Assembly: GCA_965250285.1 (NCBI GenBank)
Contig: OZ252299.1
Coordinates: 3,584,001-3,648,000 of the forward strand
Source: Myxococcota bacterium
GTDB taxonomy: Bacteria > Myxococcota_A > UBA9160 > UBA4427
Reading direction: 5' to 3'
DNA length: 64,000 nucleotides
In this document: in pieces, positions 39,724-49,542 of the stretch
How positions within the stretch are numbered: position 1 is the stretch's first letter
How the letters are laid out: every line of letters begins with the position of its first letter
Made by a program: the position numbers and the translations under genes
Notes under the pieces: model-generated
The model's database searches: none
What the model was told of the DNA's origin: nothing
Seen by the model: the letters and a program-made list of their open reading frames with translations, nothing else

Positions 39724-40776
39724 CTATGCGCCTCGGGGCGCGATCTGCAGCGAGGCAACCCGCCCGTCTTCGAGACCGGCCACGAGCCAAGCGCCATCGG
39801 GTGACCAGGCGAGCGCCGAGACGGCCGCGCCCTGACCGGGTCGGCCCGTGATCGCATCGCCGTCGATGTCACAGATCAGCACCGTGCCGTTGGAATAGCC
39901 CACCGCGAGGGTCCGTTCGCTGGGATGAGCAGAGATCTGCGTGACCACGGCGCCATAGGCGTACCCACACTCGTCGGGCATGCGGCCCGACGGCCCATCC
40001 CCCCGACAATCCCAGGCCGTCGCGACCTCGGCGCCGCTGGCAGCAAAGAATGCCCCGTCGTGGGTCCACGCGATGGAGCGCGACTTCGAGAGGAACCCGG
40101 CCATCCGCATGTCCTTGCCGTCGGCAAGGCGCCAGCAATGAAGCTCTTTGTCCTGCATCGCCGAGGCGACGAGCCGTCCATCGGGGCTCCAGGCCACGGC
40201 GATGTGCGAGCCGTGCCACTCGAGACGTCTTGGTACGTCCAGGGTGTCGACCTGCCAAATCGAGACACCCCCGTAGTGGGCGACGGCGAGTCGTCGCGCG
40301 TCCGGAGAAAAGGAGAGCCCTGCGATCGTGCTCGGATGATCCTCGAAGCACGCGACGATGCGACCGCCGGCGTCGACGATGCGAGCGCTGCTGCCCGTTG
40401 CGAATGCGCAGACGCCTCGAGCCGAGCCCACGAGATGCTCGATCCACCCATCGTTCTGCTCATAGACCGTCTCTGCGGCCGAGCCAGTCAGCCGAAGCAC
40501 GCGCCCGTCATCCGTGCCGAACAGCGTCGCTCCACCTGCACCCGGCGCCGCGCACAGGGGCATCGCACCGAGCATCGAGACCTTCTTCGCGCTCGCAGTT
40601 CCCCGAACGCTCCAAACAGCACCTGCTCCCGTGCCGACGAGCGCCTCGTTCGAATCCCCGACGAAACACACCACGAGGGGAAACCCGTCGACGGCGTGCT
40701 CGCTGAGGCGAATGCGATCGGATACGACGCGCGCACCCGCGTCGGGCGAGACACCCGGTGCGGCTGAAACGCTCAT
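39724..40776 (-). CDS. WD40-repeat beta-propeller protein
   Basis: Repeated H....LSFSPD / AWSPDG units; ATGA-coupled to the upstream COG0523 gene. Confidence 0.85.
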   Translation of the reverse strand: MSVSAAPGVSPDAGARVVSDRIRLSEHAVDGFPLVVCFVGDSNEALVGTGAGAVWSVRGTASAKKVSMLGAMPLCAAPGAGGATLFGTDDGRVLRLTGSAAETVYEQNDGWIEHLVGSARGVCAFATGSSARIVDAGGRIVACFEDHPSTIAGLSFSPDARRLAVAHYGGVSIWQVDTLDVPRRLEWHGSHIAVAWSPDGRLVASAMQDKELHCWRLADGKDMRMAGFLSKSRSIAWTHDGAFFAASGAEVATAWDCRGDGPSGRMPDECGYAYGAVVTQISAHPSERTLAVGYSNGTVLICDIDGDAITGRPGQGAAVSALAWSPDGAWLVAGLEDGRVASLQIAPRGA

Positions 40777-41753
40777 TGAATCTGCGTACATGCAAGGAAG
40801 TCCTTCTCGAGGGCGATCGGATCGAGATCGCGACCGATGAAGACGAGGCGACTCGCGCGAGGCGTGTCGGCCCAGGGCGCGCCCCACGCGCTGTCCATCA
40901 CCATGTGTACGCCCTGGAAGACGTATCGACGCTCGTGGTCGGCGACGTCCAGGATCCCCTTCGAGCGCAACACGTCGACGCCGCGCTCCATGATGAAACC
41001 GCGGATCCATTCGGAGAACTTCTCGGGGCTGACCGGCGCCGTGGCGGTGATCGAGACACTCTGGATCGACTGATCGTGCTCATGGTCGTCCTCACCCTGC
41101 AAGAGGTCGGGCTCGATCTCGAGAATGCGTCCCAGATCGAATGCGCCGCAGCCCAGCACCTGGTCAAGGTCGATGTTGCTCTCGACGGTCGGATGAATGC
41201 GCGCGAAGCGATTCAAGCTGCGCACTCTCTCCGTCACCTTGACGGCCTGAGTCGAGTCGACCAGATCGGACTTGTTCAGCAGCAGCACATCGGCGAATGC
41301 GACCTGTTCGGCGGCCTCGTGCTCGGTCTCGACGCAATCGAGGAAATGGCGCGAATCGACCACAGTGACCACGGCGTCGAGATGAACCTTCTCTCGAACC
41401 TCTTCGTCGACGAAGAACGTCTGCACCACGGGCGCCGGGTCGGCCAGCCCCGTGGTCTCGATGATGATGCCGTCGAAACCCTCGGCGCGTTTGATGAGCG
41501 TCGAGATGATGCGAATCAGATCGCCTCGCACGGTGCAGCAGATGCAGCCGTTGTTCATCTCGAAGATCTCTTCGTCGGCCCCGACGACGAGCTCGTTGTC
41601 GATGCCCACTTCGCCAAACTCGTTGACGATCACGGCGTATCGCTTTCCGTGCTGCTCGTTCAGGATCCGATTCAGGAGCGTCGTCTTGCCCGCGCCCAGA
41701 TAGCCTGTGATGAGCGTGACGGGAATCTTGGCTCGTGCGTTCATGTCTGGCAC
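40773..41753 (-). CDS. COG0523/CobW-family G3E metallochaperone GTPase
   Basis: [36 protein letters not shown] and a CobW_C domain. Confidence 0.93.
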   Translation of the reverse strand: MPDMNARAKIPVTLITGYLGAGKTTLLNRILNEQHGKRYAVIVNEFGEVGIDNELVVGADEEIFEMNNGCICCTVRGDLIRIISTLIKRAEGFDGIIIETTGLADPAPVVQTFFVDEEVREKVHLDAVVTVVDSRHFLDCVETEHEAAEQVAFADVLLLNKSDLVDSTQAVKVTERVRSLNRFARIHPTVESNIDLDQVLGCGAFDLGRILEIEPDLLQGEDDHEHDQSIQSVSITATAPVSPEKFSEWIRGFIMERGVDVLRSKGILDVADHERRYVFQGVHMVMDSAWGAPWADTPRASRLVFIGRDLDPIALEKDFLACTQIQ

Positions 41754-41887
41754 TCCTGCTTTCGTTCGAGGCAGTCGCCGGGCTAAGACGCGGACCGATT
41801 GAGCGGCGCACTCGCCGCCATCGACGCCCCGTTCATGCGCCTCTGCCCTCCTCGCGTTCGACTCTCATCGACCTTCGCCTTCCCCCT

Positions 41888-42805
41888 CTACGAGATCGCC
41901 GCTTCGACCTCCGGCTCGACGGCTGCTTGCAGATCGGGAGCTTCGAGGTCTTCTCCCGGCCGTACGACCGGCGGATGGCGGGGGTCATAGCTGGGCGACG
42001 CCAGCTCCTCTGCAAACTTGGCGGACCGATTCACGAGAAACTCGATCAAGTGGTTGCGAAGCGGGTAGTAGTTCGGGTCGTGGTGCATGTCGTGTCGCGT
42101 GCGTTTCGGCGAAAGCGTATTGCCGACGAACTCACACACACGCGCATCCGGGCCATTCGTCATCAACACGATCTGATCGGACAGGAGAATGGCCTCGTCG
42201 ATGTCATGCGTGATCATGAAGACCGTCTGTTTCGTCTCGGCACAGATCGTCAGCAGCTCCTCCTGCAACGCAGTGCGCGTGAGAGCATCGAGCGCGCTGA
42301 ACGGCTCGTCGAGCAGCATGATCTGCGGCTCGATCGACATCGCGCGGGCGATCCCGACCCGCTGTTTCATGCCGCCCGAGAGCTGGGCCGGCCGTTTGTC
42401 CTCGGATCCCGTCAGACGAACCAGATCGATGTACTTCTGAGTGTGCTCGCGAATCTGGTCCTTGCCCCAGTCGGGGTGCCTCGACTTCACGGCGAATGCG
42501 ATGTTCTCGCGCGCCGACATCCATGGCATGAGGGCATGGCTCTGGAAGACCACCGCGCGGTCGAGGCTCGGGCCGGAGATCTCCCGTCCACCGACCACGA
42601 CGCCGCCCGCACTCGGTTCGTCGAGACCGGCCAGGATGTTGAGGAGCGTCGTCTTGCCGCAGCCCGAGTGCCCGATGAGACACTTGAATTCACCCGGCTC
42701 GACGGTGAACCACACATCCTCGAAGATCGCGACTTCTCCGTCGCCGTCGACCGCCGGAAACCGCTTGGCGAGCCCCTCGACGCTGATACTCGCTTGAAGG
42801 CTCAT
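41888..42805 (-). CDS. cynD: Cyanate/nitrate ABC transporter ATP-binding subunit
   Basis: GHSGCGKT, LSGGMKQRV, LDEPFSALD and ITHDIDEA motifs; in an operon with cynS. Confidence 0.85.
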   Translation of the reverse strand: MSLQASISVEGLAKRFPAVDGDGEVAIFEDVWFTVEPGEFKCLIGHSGCGKTTLLNILAGLDEPSAGGVVVGGREISGPSLDRAVVFQSHALMPWMSARENIAFAVKSRHPDWGKDQIREHTQKYIDLVRLTGSEDKRPAQLSGGMKQRVGIARAMSIEPQIMLLDEPFSALDALTRTALQEELLTICAETKQTVFMITHDIDEAILLSDQIVLMTNGPDARVCEFVGNTLSPKRTRHDMHHDPNYYPLRNHLIEFLVNRSAKFAEELASPSYDPRHPPVVRPGEDLEAPDLQAAVEPEVEAAIS

Positions 42806-42826
42806 CGAGATCGCGACCTCAACCGT

Positions 42827-43663
42827 CTACTCCTCATAGGTCACGAAGCCGGCCACGTAGCCGAGAGACAGGTCGAGAACCATGCCGATGACGCCGATGA
42901 ACAGGATCGCGGCGATGACGTTGGTGATCGACAGATTGTTCCACTCGTTCCAGACGAAGTATCCGATGCCCGTACCACCCACGAGCATCTCAGCCGCGAC
43001 GATGACGAGCCACGCGATCCCGATCGAGATGCGCATGCCGGTCATGATCGTTGGCGCGGCCGCCGGCAGAATCACCTTCACCGCCGTCCGCCAGGGGCTG
43101 ACCTCCAGGGTGCGGGCCACGTTGATCCACTCTCGGCGCACCGAGGCGACCCCGAAGGCGGTGTTCAGCAGCATCGGCCAGATCGAGCAGATGAAGATCA
43201 CGAACACCGACGAGAGGATCGAATCCTTGATCGTGTACAAGGCCAGTGGCATCCAGGCCAGCGGCGAGATCGGCTTCAGGACCTGAATGAATGGATCGAG
43301 GGCCCGGTACATCAGGGGTGACATACCCACGACGAACCCGAGTGGCACGGCGACGAGCACTGCCAGACCGAACCCGATCAGCACCCGAATGATCGAGAAG
43401 CCGAGCTGAATGCCGATGCCCTTGTCGTTCGGCCCAGCATCGTAGAAGGGGTCGGCGACGTGCTCCCAGACCTGCTTGCCGACCTCGAGCGGGCCGGGCA
43501 TGGCCGACGCACCTTTTGCCGTCGCGCCCATGAGCGCCGCGTACTCGGGATCCATCTCGACGGTCTCTTCTTTCGACCCGACCGATGCCTCCCAGATCAT
43601 CATCGAAACCACGAAGATGACGATCGAGAGTACGTACGCCTGCAGCTTGAGCGGAGAGCTCAC
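42827..43663 (-). CDS. cynB: Cyanate/nitrate ABC transporter permease (NrtB-like)
   Basis: PFYDAGPNDKGIG, LKPISPLAWMP and WLVIVAAEM motifs. Confidence 0.85.
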   Translation of the reverse strand: MSSPLKLQAYVLSIVIFVVSMMIWEASVGSKEETVEMDPEYAALMGATAKGASAMPGPLEVGKQVWEHVADPFYDAGPNDKGIGIQLGFSIIRVLIGFGLAVLVAVPLGFVVGMSPLMYRALDPFIQVLKPISPLAWMPLALYTIKDSILSSVFVIFICSIWPMLLNTAFGVASVRREWINVARTLEVSPWRTAVKVILPAAAPTIMTGMRISIGIAWLVIVAAEMLVGGTGIGYFVWNEWNNLSITNVIAAILFIGVIGMVLDLSLGYVAGFVTYEE

Positions 43664-43672
43664 GCCTCCCCC

Positions 43673-45262
43673 CTAGCTCCGCTTGATGTCGAAGCTCTCG
43701 ATGTACTCATCGGGCTTCGTCGGATCGAACCACTTGCCCATGATCTCGTAGGTCTCGTACGTCTTGGTCGGCGGCGTCGCATAGGGGCCTTCGAGCGCCA
43801 TCTCGGTCATGAGCTTCTGGGCGTCGGTTGCGAGGTACACCTGTTCCGCGACCTTCTGGTAGTCGATGTCTTCCTTGACATAGCCCCAGCGCTTCATCTG
43901 CGTGAGGATCCAGACCGCCATCGAGTTCCAGGGGAACGGGTCGAAGTCGATCCGATCGGGCACCCGTTTGATGTTGCCCAACCCGTCTGCGTACGTGCCC
44001 GTCAGCACCTGCTCCAGGACCGTGACGGGCTGATTCAGGTAGTTCTTCGGCGCGATCGCCTTGGATATCTCCTTGCGGTTCGATTTGATCGACGCGTAGT
44101 TCGTCGAATCCATGATCGACTTCCAGAGCGCCATGAACGTATTCGGGTTCTCGTTGATGAAGGCCTGACTCGCGGCGAACGCGCAGCACGGGTGCTTGTC
44201 CCAGATGTCCTTCGTCAGCAGATGAATGAAGCCGACACCGTCGTAGACCGCCCGCTGGTTGAAGGGATCAGGCGACAGGTACCCGTCGACGTTATCGGCG
44301 CGTAGGTTGGCGACCATCTCGGGCGGCGGCAGCACTCGGATCTGAATGTCGCGATCGGGGTCGAGACCATGTTCGGCGACGTAGTATCTCAGCAGGAAGT
44401 TGTGCATCGAGTACTCGAAGGGCACCGCAAACTTGAAGCCCTTCCACATCTTGGGATCGTTCTTGTCTTTGTGCTTGGTCGATAGGACGATCGCCTGCCC
44501 GTTGACGTTCTCGACCGCGGGCATGGTCCAGGGTGCGCTCGTCGAACCCGCACCGAGCGTGATCGCCAGCGGCATGGGTGTCAGCATGTGCGAGGCGTCG
44601 TACTCGCCTGACAGAGATTTGTCGCGGGAGACCGCCCAACCTGCGGTCTTGATCACTTCGACGTCCAACCCCCACTTCTTATAGAAGCCCATCGGGTGCG
44701 CCATGATGATCGGCGTCGCACAGGTAATGGGCACGAAGCCGACCTTGAGGTTCGTCTTCTCGAGCGCCCCCTTGTTTTCCATGGCAACGGCTTTCGCCTG
44801 TTCCAGCGGGAAGATCGAGCTGATTGCGGCCAGCGCCGTCCCCGACCCGACAGCGCGAAGAAAGCTACGGCGGCTGACGTCGGTCCCGAAGATGCCCTTC
44901 AGCACGGCTGACTCGACGCACCGCTCGAGCGCCGCATCCATGTCGTCGCCCGTGGGTTCGTCCGCTTCGCTCGCGAGCGACATGCTCGACGGGGCGTCGC
45001 CCGTGGCAGGGCACATGGGATCGACGCAGTCAGGATCGAGACATTCGGGCTGGCCCGCGAGCGACGCGCCCCCAGCAAACTTGATCTGTGGCGTAGGCGA
45101 GGCTCGGTCTGGCTTGACCTCTTCGCAGACGAATCTCGAAGCGGCATCCACCTCTCCCCCGGCCATCGCCATCTGATGCTCGATCAGCGAGCGGTGACGT
45201 CCACAGGGGCACCCGTTCCAGAGAAGCTTCTTGGGATCAAAGGGGTCGGCGTAGGCAGCCAC
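43673..45262 (-). CDS. cynA: CmpA/NrtA-family substrate-binding protein (cyanate)
   Basis: LKVGFVPITCATP, PFEYSMHNFLLRYY and PDPFNQRA motifs; Tat-like SRRSFL; GTG start after GGAGG. Confidence 0.85.
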   Translation of the reverse strand: MAAYADPFDPKKLLWNGCPCGRHRSLIEHQMAMAGGEVDAASRFVCEEVKPDRASPTPQIKFAGGASLAGQPECLDPDCVDPMCPATGDAPSSMSLASEADEPTGDDMDAALERCVESAVLKGIFGTDVSRRSFLRAVGSGTALAAISSIFPLEQAKAVAMENKGALEKTNLKVGFVPITCATPIIMAHPMGFYKKWGLDVEVIKTAGWAVSRDKSLSGEYDASHMLTPMPLAITLGAGSTSAPWTMPAVENVNGQAIVLSTKHKDKNDPKMWKGFKFAVPFEYSMHNFLLRYYVAEHGLDPDRDIQIRVLPPPEMVANLRADNVDGYLSPDPFNQRAVYDGVGFIHLLTKDIWDKHPCCAFAASQAFINENPNTFMALWKSIMDSTNYASIKSNRKEISKAIAPKNYLNQPVTVLEQVLTGTYADGLGNIKRVPDRIDFDPFPWNSMAVWILTQMKRWGYVKEDIDYQKVAEQVYLATDAQKLMTEMALEGPYATPPTKTYETYEIMGKWFDPTKPDEYIESFDIKRS

Positions 45263-45375
45263 GTTGTCGGATCCTCCTTGCACGTTCGACGTGCACAGTT
45301 CGACCGGTTCTGTCGGGCCGAGTCGGTCGGGGTCATTCGACCCGCTCCGTGCCTCTCAGCCCCTCTCGCCGTTGA

Positions 45376-45819
45376 CTACCAGTTTCGGTAGGGCAGGAAC
45401 TTGCCGTTGTACGTGATGACGACTCGATCGCCCTTCGGATCTTCTTCGCGTTGAATGTCGATCTCGAAGTCGATTGCACTCATGATCCCGTCGCCGAACA
45501 TCTCGTGGACGACCGCCTTCATCGATGTGCCGTAGACCTGCATGATCTCGTAGAAGCGATAGATCAGAGGATCGGTGGGGACCGATGCGTCGAGGCATCC
45601 CTTGAGCGGAAAGTCCTGGAAAGCCGATTCCGCCTCGGGAGACAAGCCGAGGAGCGCGGTGAGCTTCGACGCTTCGGCTTCGGGCATGCTCGCCTGACCC
45701 TCGATGGCAGCCGCGGCCCAGACCTTGTCGCACCCCACCGCCTCTCCGATCTGTTCGTACGTCAGCCCCTTCGCCTTCTTGGCCTCCAGCGCCAGCGTCT
45801 TCGCCTCCTGCTTGTCCAT
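45376..45819 (-). CDS. cynS: Cyanase (cyanate hydratase)
   Basis: PTDPLIYRFYEIMQVYG, FGDGIMSAIDF and GKFLPY motifs. Confidence 0.96.
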   Translation of the reverse strand: MDKQEAKTLALEAKKAKGLTYEQIGEAVGCDKVWAAAAIEGQASMPEAEASKLTALLGLSPEAESAFQDFPLKGCLDASVPTDPLIYRFYEIMQVYGTSMKAVVHEMFGDGIMSAIDFEIDIQREEDPKGDRVVITYNGKFLPYRNW

Positions 45820-45902
45820 GATCACGCCCTCCTCTTCGGTCAGATCGGTGCAGAGTGAGCACGCACACGACCGATTGAGTCGTCTCGCGCGCTCGTGCGC
45901 CG

Positions 45903-45949
45903 AAAAAAAGAAAGGGCGCAACTCTCCCGCATGGGAGAGAAGCGCCCTT
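45903..45949 (-). terminator. Intrinsic terminator (attenuator) in the cynS leader
   Basis: Minus strand AAGGGCGC-TT-CTCTCCC-ATGC-GGGAGAG-TT-GCGCCCTT followed by TCTTTTTTT. Confidence 0.85.
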
Positions 45950-45974
45950 GCCTCTCGACAGCCGTGTTGGCTGC
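45935..45974 (-). ncRNA. Putative ANTAR-binding dual-hairpin leader element
   Basis: Hairpin 1 is GCAGCC-AACAC-GGCTGT. Hairpin 2 is GAGAGGC-AAGGGC-GCTTCTCTC, with an A1/G4 hexaloop overlapping the 5' arm of the terminator. Confidence 0.65.
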
Positions 45975-45992
45975 GCCACTACAGGGCTTGGT

Positions 45993-46010
45993 AAGCACGG
46001 GTCGTGCCAA
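45993..46010 (-). promoter_or_regulatory. Sigma-54 (-24/-12) promoter of the cyn operon
   Basis: Minus strand TTGGCACGACCCGTGCTT, an exact GG-N10-GC match. Confidence 0.85.
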
Positions 46011-46468
46011 GTCGGAGGACCGCGCAGCCGGGCAGATGAGGTGCGTGGCAAACCAAGCCGAGTTGTGCAGGATCGGTACGCCAACGGCGGCGAACTGCAC
46101 GAAGCGAGTCGACCGAATGCCACGAAGCACGATCAGACGACGATCGCGGCAGGCTTTGTGCGCTGAACGTCGCGTGGCCCCATGCACAGCGATCTGGCAA
46201 CGCCTGCTCAGAAACCATGCCGATTCGAACAGCCGCCCACCCAACCGATCGCCCCAGCCGGTGCACTCGTGCTTGCAACCTCGATGAAGCGCGAGGCTTG
46301 CTTCTTGCATCGGTCGCCACGTTCAATGAACCGAGTGGACATCATCGAATCGACTTGGCCTTCGACTTCGGCCGAGAAACCGGCGAGCGCGATCCATCGA
46401 GTTCGCGACGAAGGCCAAGAACGAGCGGCACGTGCCGTTCGAATTCAAGACCTTCATGGAGGCGACGT

Positions 46469-47098
46469 GTGATCAGCGACGCGGTGACGCTTCGAGTCAT
46501 GTTGATCGACGACTGCGAAGAGCGAGCCGTAGAAGTCACGAGTCTCTTGGAATCTGCGGGGTGCGAGGTGGTAGCCATCGACTCGTCGACCGAGCATCTC
46601 GAACGGACCGTGGCCCGTGTTCGCCCCGACGTCTTGATCATCGAGCAAGAGGCGCCACGCCGCGACACGCTCGAGAGCATGCAGCGGCTGACGGAACAGA
46701 ACCCCTATCCGATCGTGATGTTTGTCGACGAGACCGACCCGGATGCGATTCGCACGGCCGTTCAGGCGGGTGTGGCGGCCTACGTCGTTCGGGGACTGAG
46801 CCCCGACCGTGTCCGGCCCGTGCTCGACGTCGCCATCGCTCGGTTCGAGGAGCATCGAAACCTGCTCGAGCGACAGCACGATCTCGAGCGAGAGCTCGAC
46901 CGCGCGCAGCAGCGCCTGACCGAGCGCCGAACCATCGACCGGGCCAAGGGCCTGCTGATGGACCACCACGGGTTGACCGAGCAGGCCGCCTACGACGCGA
47001 TGAGACGAATCTCGATGGAACGCAACCTCACGATGGGCGAGGTGGCCCGCATGACGATCGAGGCGTTGGCGAATCCCGGCCCACGACGCCGAGGATGA
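46469..47098 (+). CDS. nasT: NasT/AmiR-like receiver + ANTAR antiterminator
   Basis: PIVMFVD...AVQAGVAAYVV receiver-like domain, a coiled coil, and ERRTIDRAKGLLMDHHGLTEQAAYDAMRRISM ANTAR domain. Confidence 0.85.
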   Translation: MISDAVTLRVMLIDDCEERAVEVTSLLESAGCEVVAIDSSTEHLERTVARVRPDVLIIEQEAPRRDTLESMQRLTEQNPYPIVMFVDETDPDAIRTAVQAGVAAYVVRGLSPDRVRPVLDVAIARFEEHRNLLERQHDLERELDRAQQRLTERRTIDRAKGLLMDHHGLTEQAAYDAMRRISMERNLTMGEVARMTIEALANPGPRRRG

Positions 47099-47171
47099 AC
47101 GCGCGCAGGGCCGAGCCCACGCCACCGACTCTTCACGCTGGGGGCCCGCGCCCACCAATATGCGAAGCGCC

Positions 47172-49520
47172 CTAGGGTGAGGGCTCCCCGATCGGCCCAG
47201 GGGCGACTCGCTCGGCACCCGGTCTGCATCCCAGGATGGCGGCCGCCGCCGGCAGCAGCGTCACTGTCATGAGCAGCGACATCGGCAGCCCAACGAGAAG
47301 CAGCGTCGCCACGCTTTCGATGCCAGGATGTCGCGTCCACAAGAGCAAGCCGACACTCGCGCACGTGGTCGCTGTCGTGAGCAGAATGCTCGGCGCCACC
47401 GAGCCGACTGCGTCTTCGATCTGCCGCGTGCCGGGCTCGATCAATCGGTGGACGGTGTGGATGCCGTCATCGACGCCCAGCCCGAGCAAGACCGGAATGG
47501 CCACGAGCGTGATCGTATTGAAAGAGAAGCCGAACGCCGTGAGCAGGCCCACCGTCACGATCGTCGACGCCGTCACCGGTAGAAGCGCCAGCAGCACGAG
47601 TCGGGGACGCCTGAAATCGAGGAACACCATGAAGAAGATCGCGATGACCACGGCTGCGAGGATCGGCGGCAGCCAGGGGCGCTCGGTGCCGATCAGCGCT
47701 TCGTAGAGGACGTTCATCGAGGTGGCATCGGGCGCAATCGATTGGGCCACTCGACGCTCACGCGCCGCGACCCGCGAGTCGAGGGCCGGCTCGGCCGAGT
47801 AGGCATAGACGATCAGCTCACCATCGGGGCCGACGAGTCGGCTCCTCAGCACTTCGGGGAGGCCGTCGAGCTCGGGCGGCCCCTGGTTGTCGGCGACCAG
47901 CAGCATCGTGAGCGGCGTGATCGCGTCGCGGGCGCCCTCTGCAGCCGCCCCTTCGAGCTGCATGGCGGCGAGCTCCCGCTCACGCACCCGCCGCGTCAGC
48001 TCATCCGATATCCCGCCCAGCGTCGCGCGGCGCTCGTTGGCATCGGGCAGGAGGAGCGACGACAGGCTCTCGACGCGGTCGAAGGTGGGCTCGGCCTCGA
48101 AGGCAGCCGTCAGCGCGCGGGCCTCGTCGAGATCGCCGGCCGTCGCGACCCAGGGACTCGGATCGATGCCGAAGAGGTCGTGGATGCGCTGGGCCGTATC
48201 GACGGCGTCGATGTCGCGCGAGAAGACGCGTTCGAGGTTCGTCTCGTAGTGAATCTGGCCGAGTTCCTGGGCCGAGAGCGTCACGACCCCGGCGATCACG
48301 ACCAGGGTGACGATGGCGTTTCGACGACAGAGCCCCGCGACGGAGCGAAGCCAGAGCGTCGCGGGCAGACCGGGCCTGCGCGCGGGGGCAGCGCTGCGGC
48401 GTTCGATCGCACGCCACTGCGGCGGGAGCGCAGTGATGAGGAAGACGAGACACAGGATGAGCCCTACCCCGCCGGCGAACCCCAGGCGCCGAAACACCGG
48501 GTCGGGCGAGAACGCGAGAATGAAGAAGGCGCCGGCGGTCGTCGCCGCCCCCGCGACGACGCCACGACCCGTTCCGGTCATGGCCCGGTGCAGGCTCGTC
48601 TCGAAGTCCTCTCCGGCGGCGCGCTCTTCGCGCATTCTCATCAGCAGATGGATCGAGATGTCGATGCCGAGCCCGAAGACGAGTACACCGAACACCGATT
48701 CCATCAACGTGAGGCGACCGGTGACGCTCCCGATCAAGGCGAGCGTGCACCCGATGCTCAGCAGCATCGGCCACGCGATGCTGGCGAGCACGAGCAATCG
48801 CCGCTCGACGAAGAGCAGAATTGCGAGCACGAGCACGAGCGATGCAGGCCCGAGCCAGCGAAGGCGCTCGAGCGTCGCCTCGCGTTCCTGCGTCACGATG
48901 GCTGGCATGCCCGAGAATCGCGGCGTCACCCCCAGCGGCTCGACGGTTTCGCGCACGATGCGGCGAATCTCGGGATACACGTCGGCATCGAGGGCGAGCT
49001 CGAACGTGTCGTGACTCATCACGATGGTGACCAGTCGCTCACCGGGCGGTGCGCGAGGCGCCCGAAGGTCGGCCAGCGCCTCGAGCTTCGCGATCACGGA
49101 GCGGCTCGCAGTGGCGTCGGCGGGCGCTTCAGCCAGCGCGACCCACTCGTCGAAGACGTCGGCATCGACCAGATAGGGCGCACGCGCCATCAGCCAGTCG
49201 CGCGGAGGCGGCACGAGCACCTCGCGAATGTCGTCGCGGCCATCGAGCGCCAGCTGCACATCGACCACCGCGTCGTCGAGTCGATCCTCGGGCCCTTCGA
49301 GCAGCACGGGGATGATGCCGCCCAGCCCGAAGCGCTCCGAAGCGGCGAAGTAACGCTGTACCTCGCGGTTCGAGCGATCCATCACGCCCGCGAAGCTGAG
49401 ATCGACGGGCACGCGCAACGCCTGCAGCGAACACAGCGCAGCGATCAATCCACCGACGACCACCCAGCGCGGTCGGCGCTCGGTGAGCGTCGCAATCCGG
49501 TCGAGCACCGCCTCGATCAT
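47172..49520 (-). CDS. MMPL/RND-superfamily membrane transporter
   Basis: Two TM blocks with GLGIDISIHL and GLGVDDGIH; LTTATT. Confidence 0.88.
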   Translation of the reverse strand: MIEAVLDRIATLTERRPRWVVVGGLIAALCSLQALRVPVDLSFAGVMDRSNREVQRYFAASERFGLGGIIPVLLEGPEDRLDDAVVDVQLALDGRDDIREVLVPPPRDWLMARAPYLVDADVFDEWVALAEAPADATASRSVIAKLEALADLRAPRAPPGERLVTIVMSHDTFELALDADVYPEIRRIVRETVEPLGVTPRFSGMPAIVTQEREATLERLRWLGPASLVLVLAILLFVERRLLVLASIAWPMLLSIGCTLALIGSVTGRLTLMESVFGVLVFGLGIDISIHLLMRMREERAAGEDFETSLHRAMTGTGRGVVAGAATTAGAFFILAFSPDPVFRRLGFAGGVGLILCLVFLITALPPQWRAIERRSAAPARRPGLPATLWLRSVAGLCRRNAIVTLVVIAGVVTLSAQELGQIHYETNLERVFSRDIDAVDTAQRIHDLFGIDPSPWVATAGDLDEARALTAAFEAEPTFDRVESLSSLLLPDANERRATLGGISDELTRRVRERELAAMQLEGAAAEGARDAITPLTMLLVADNQGPPELDGLPEVLRSRLVGPDGELIVYAYSAEPALDSRVAARERRVAQSIAPDATSMNVLYEALIGTERPWLPPILAAVVIAIFFMVFLDFRRPRLVLLALLPVTASTIVTVGLLTAFGFSFNTITLVAIPVLLGLGVDDGIHTVHRLIEPGTRQIEDAVGSVAPSILLTTATTCASVGLLLWTRHPGIESVATLLLVGLPMSLLMTVTLLPAAAAILGCRPGAERVAPGPIGEPSP

Positions 49521-49542
49521 GTTCGGCGCCGGCCTGCGCGGT

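Noticed and set aside
45364..45378. AACGGC hexaloop just after the cynS stop as a second ANTAR site
   Set aside because: It has only a 2-bp stem and no partner hairpin or terminator.
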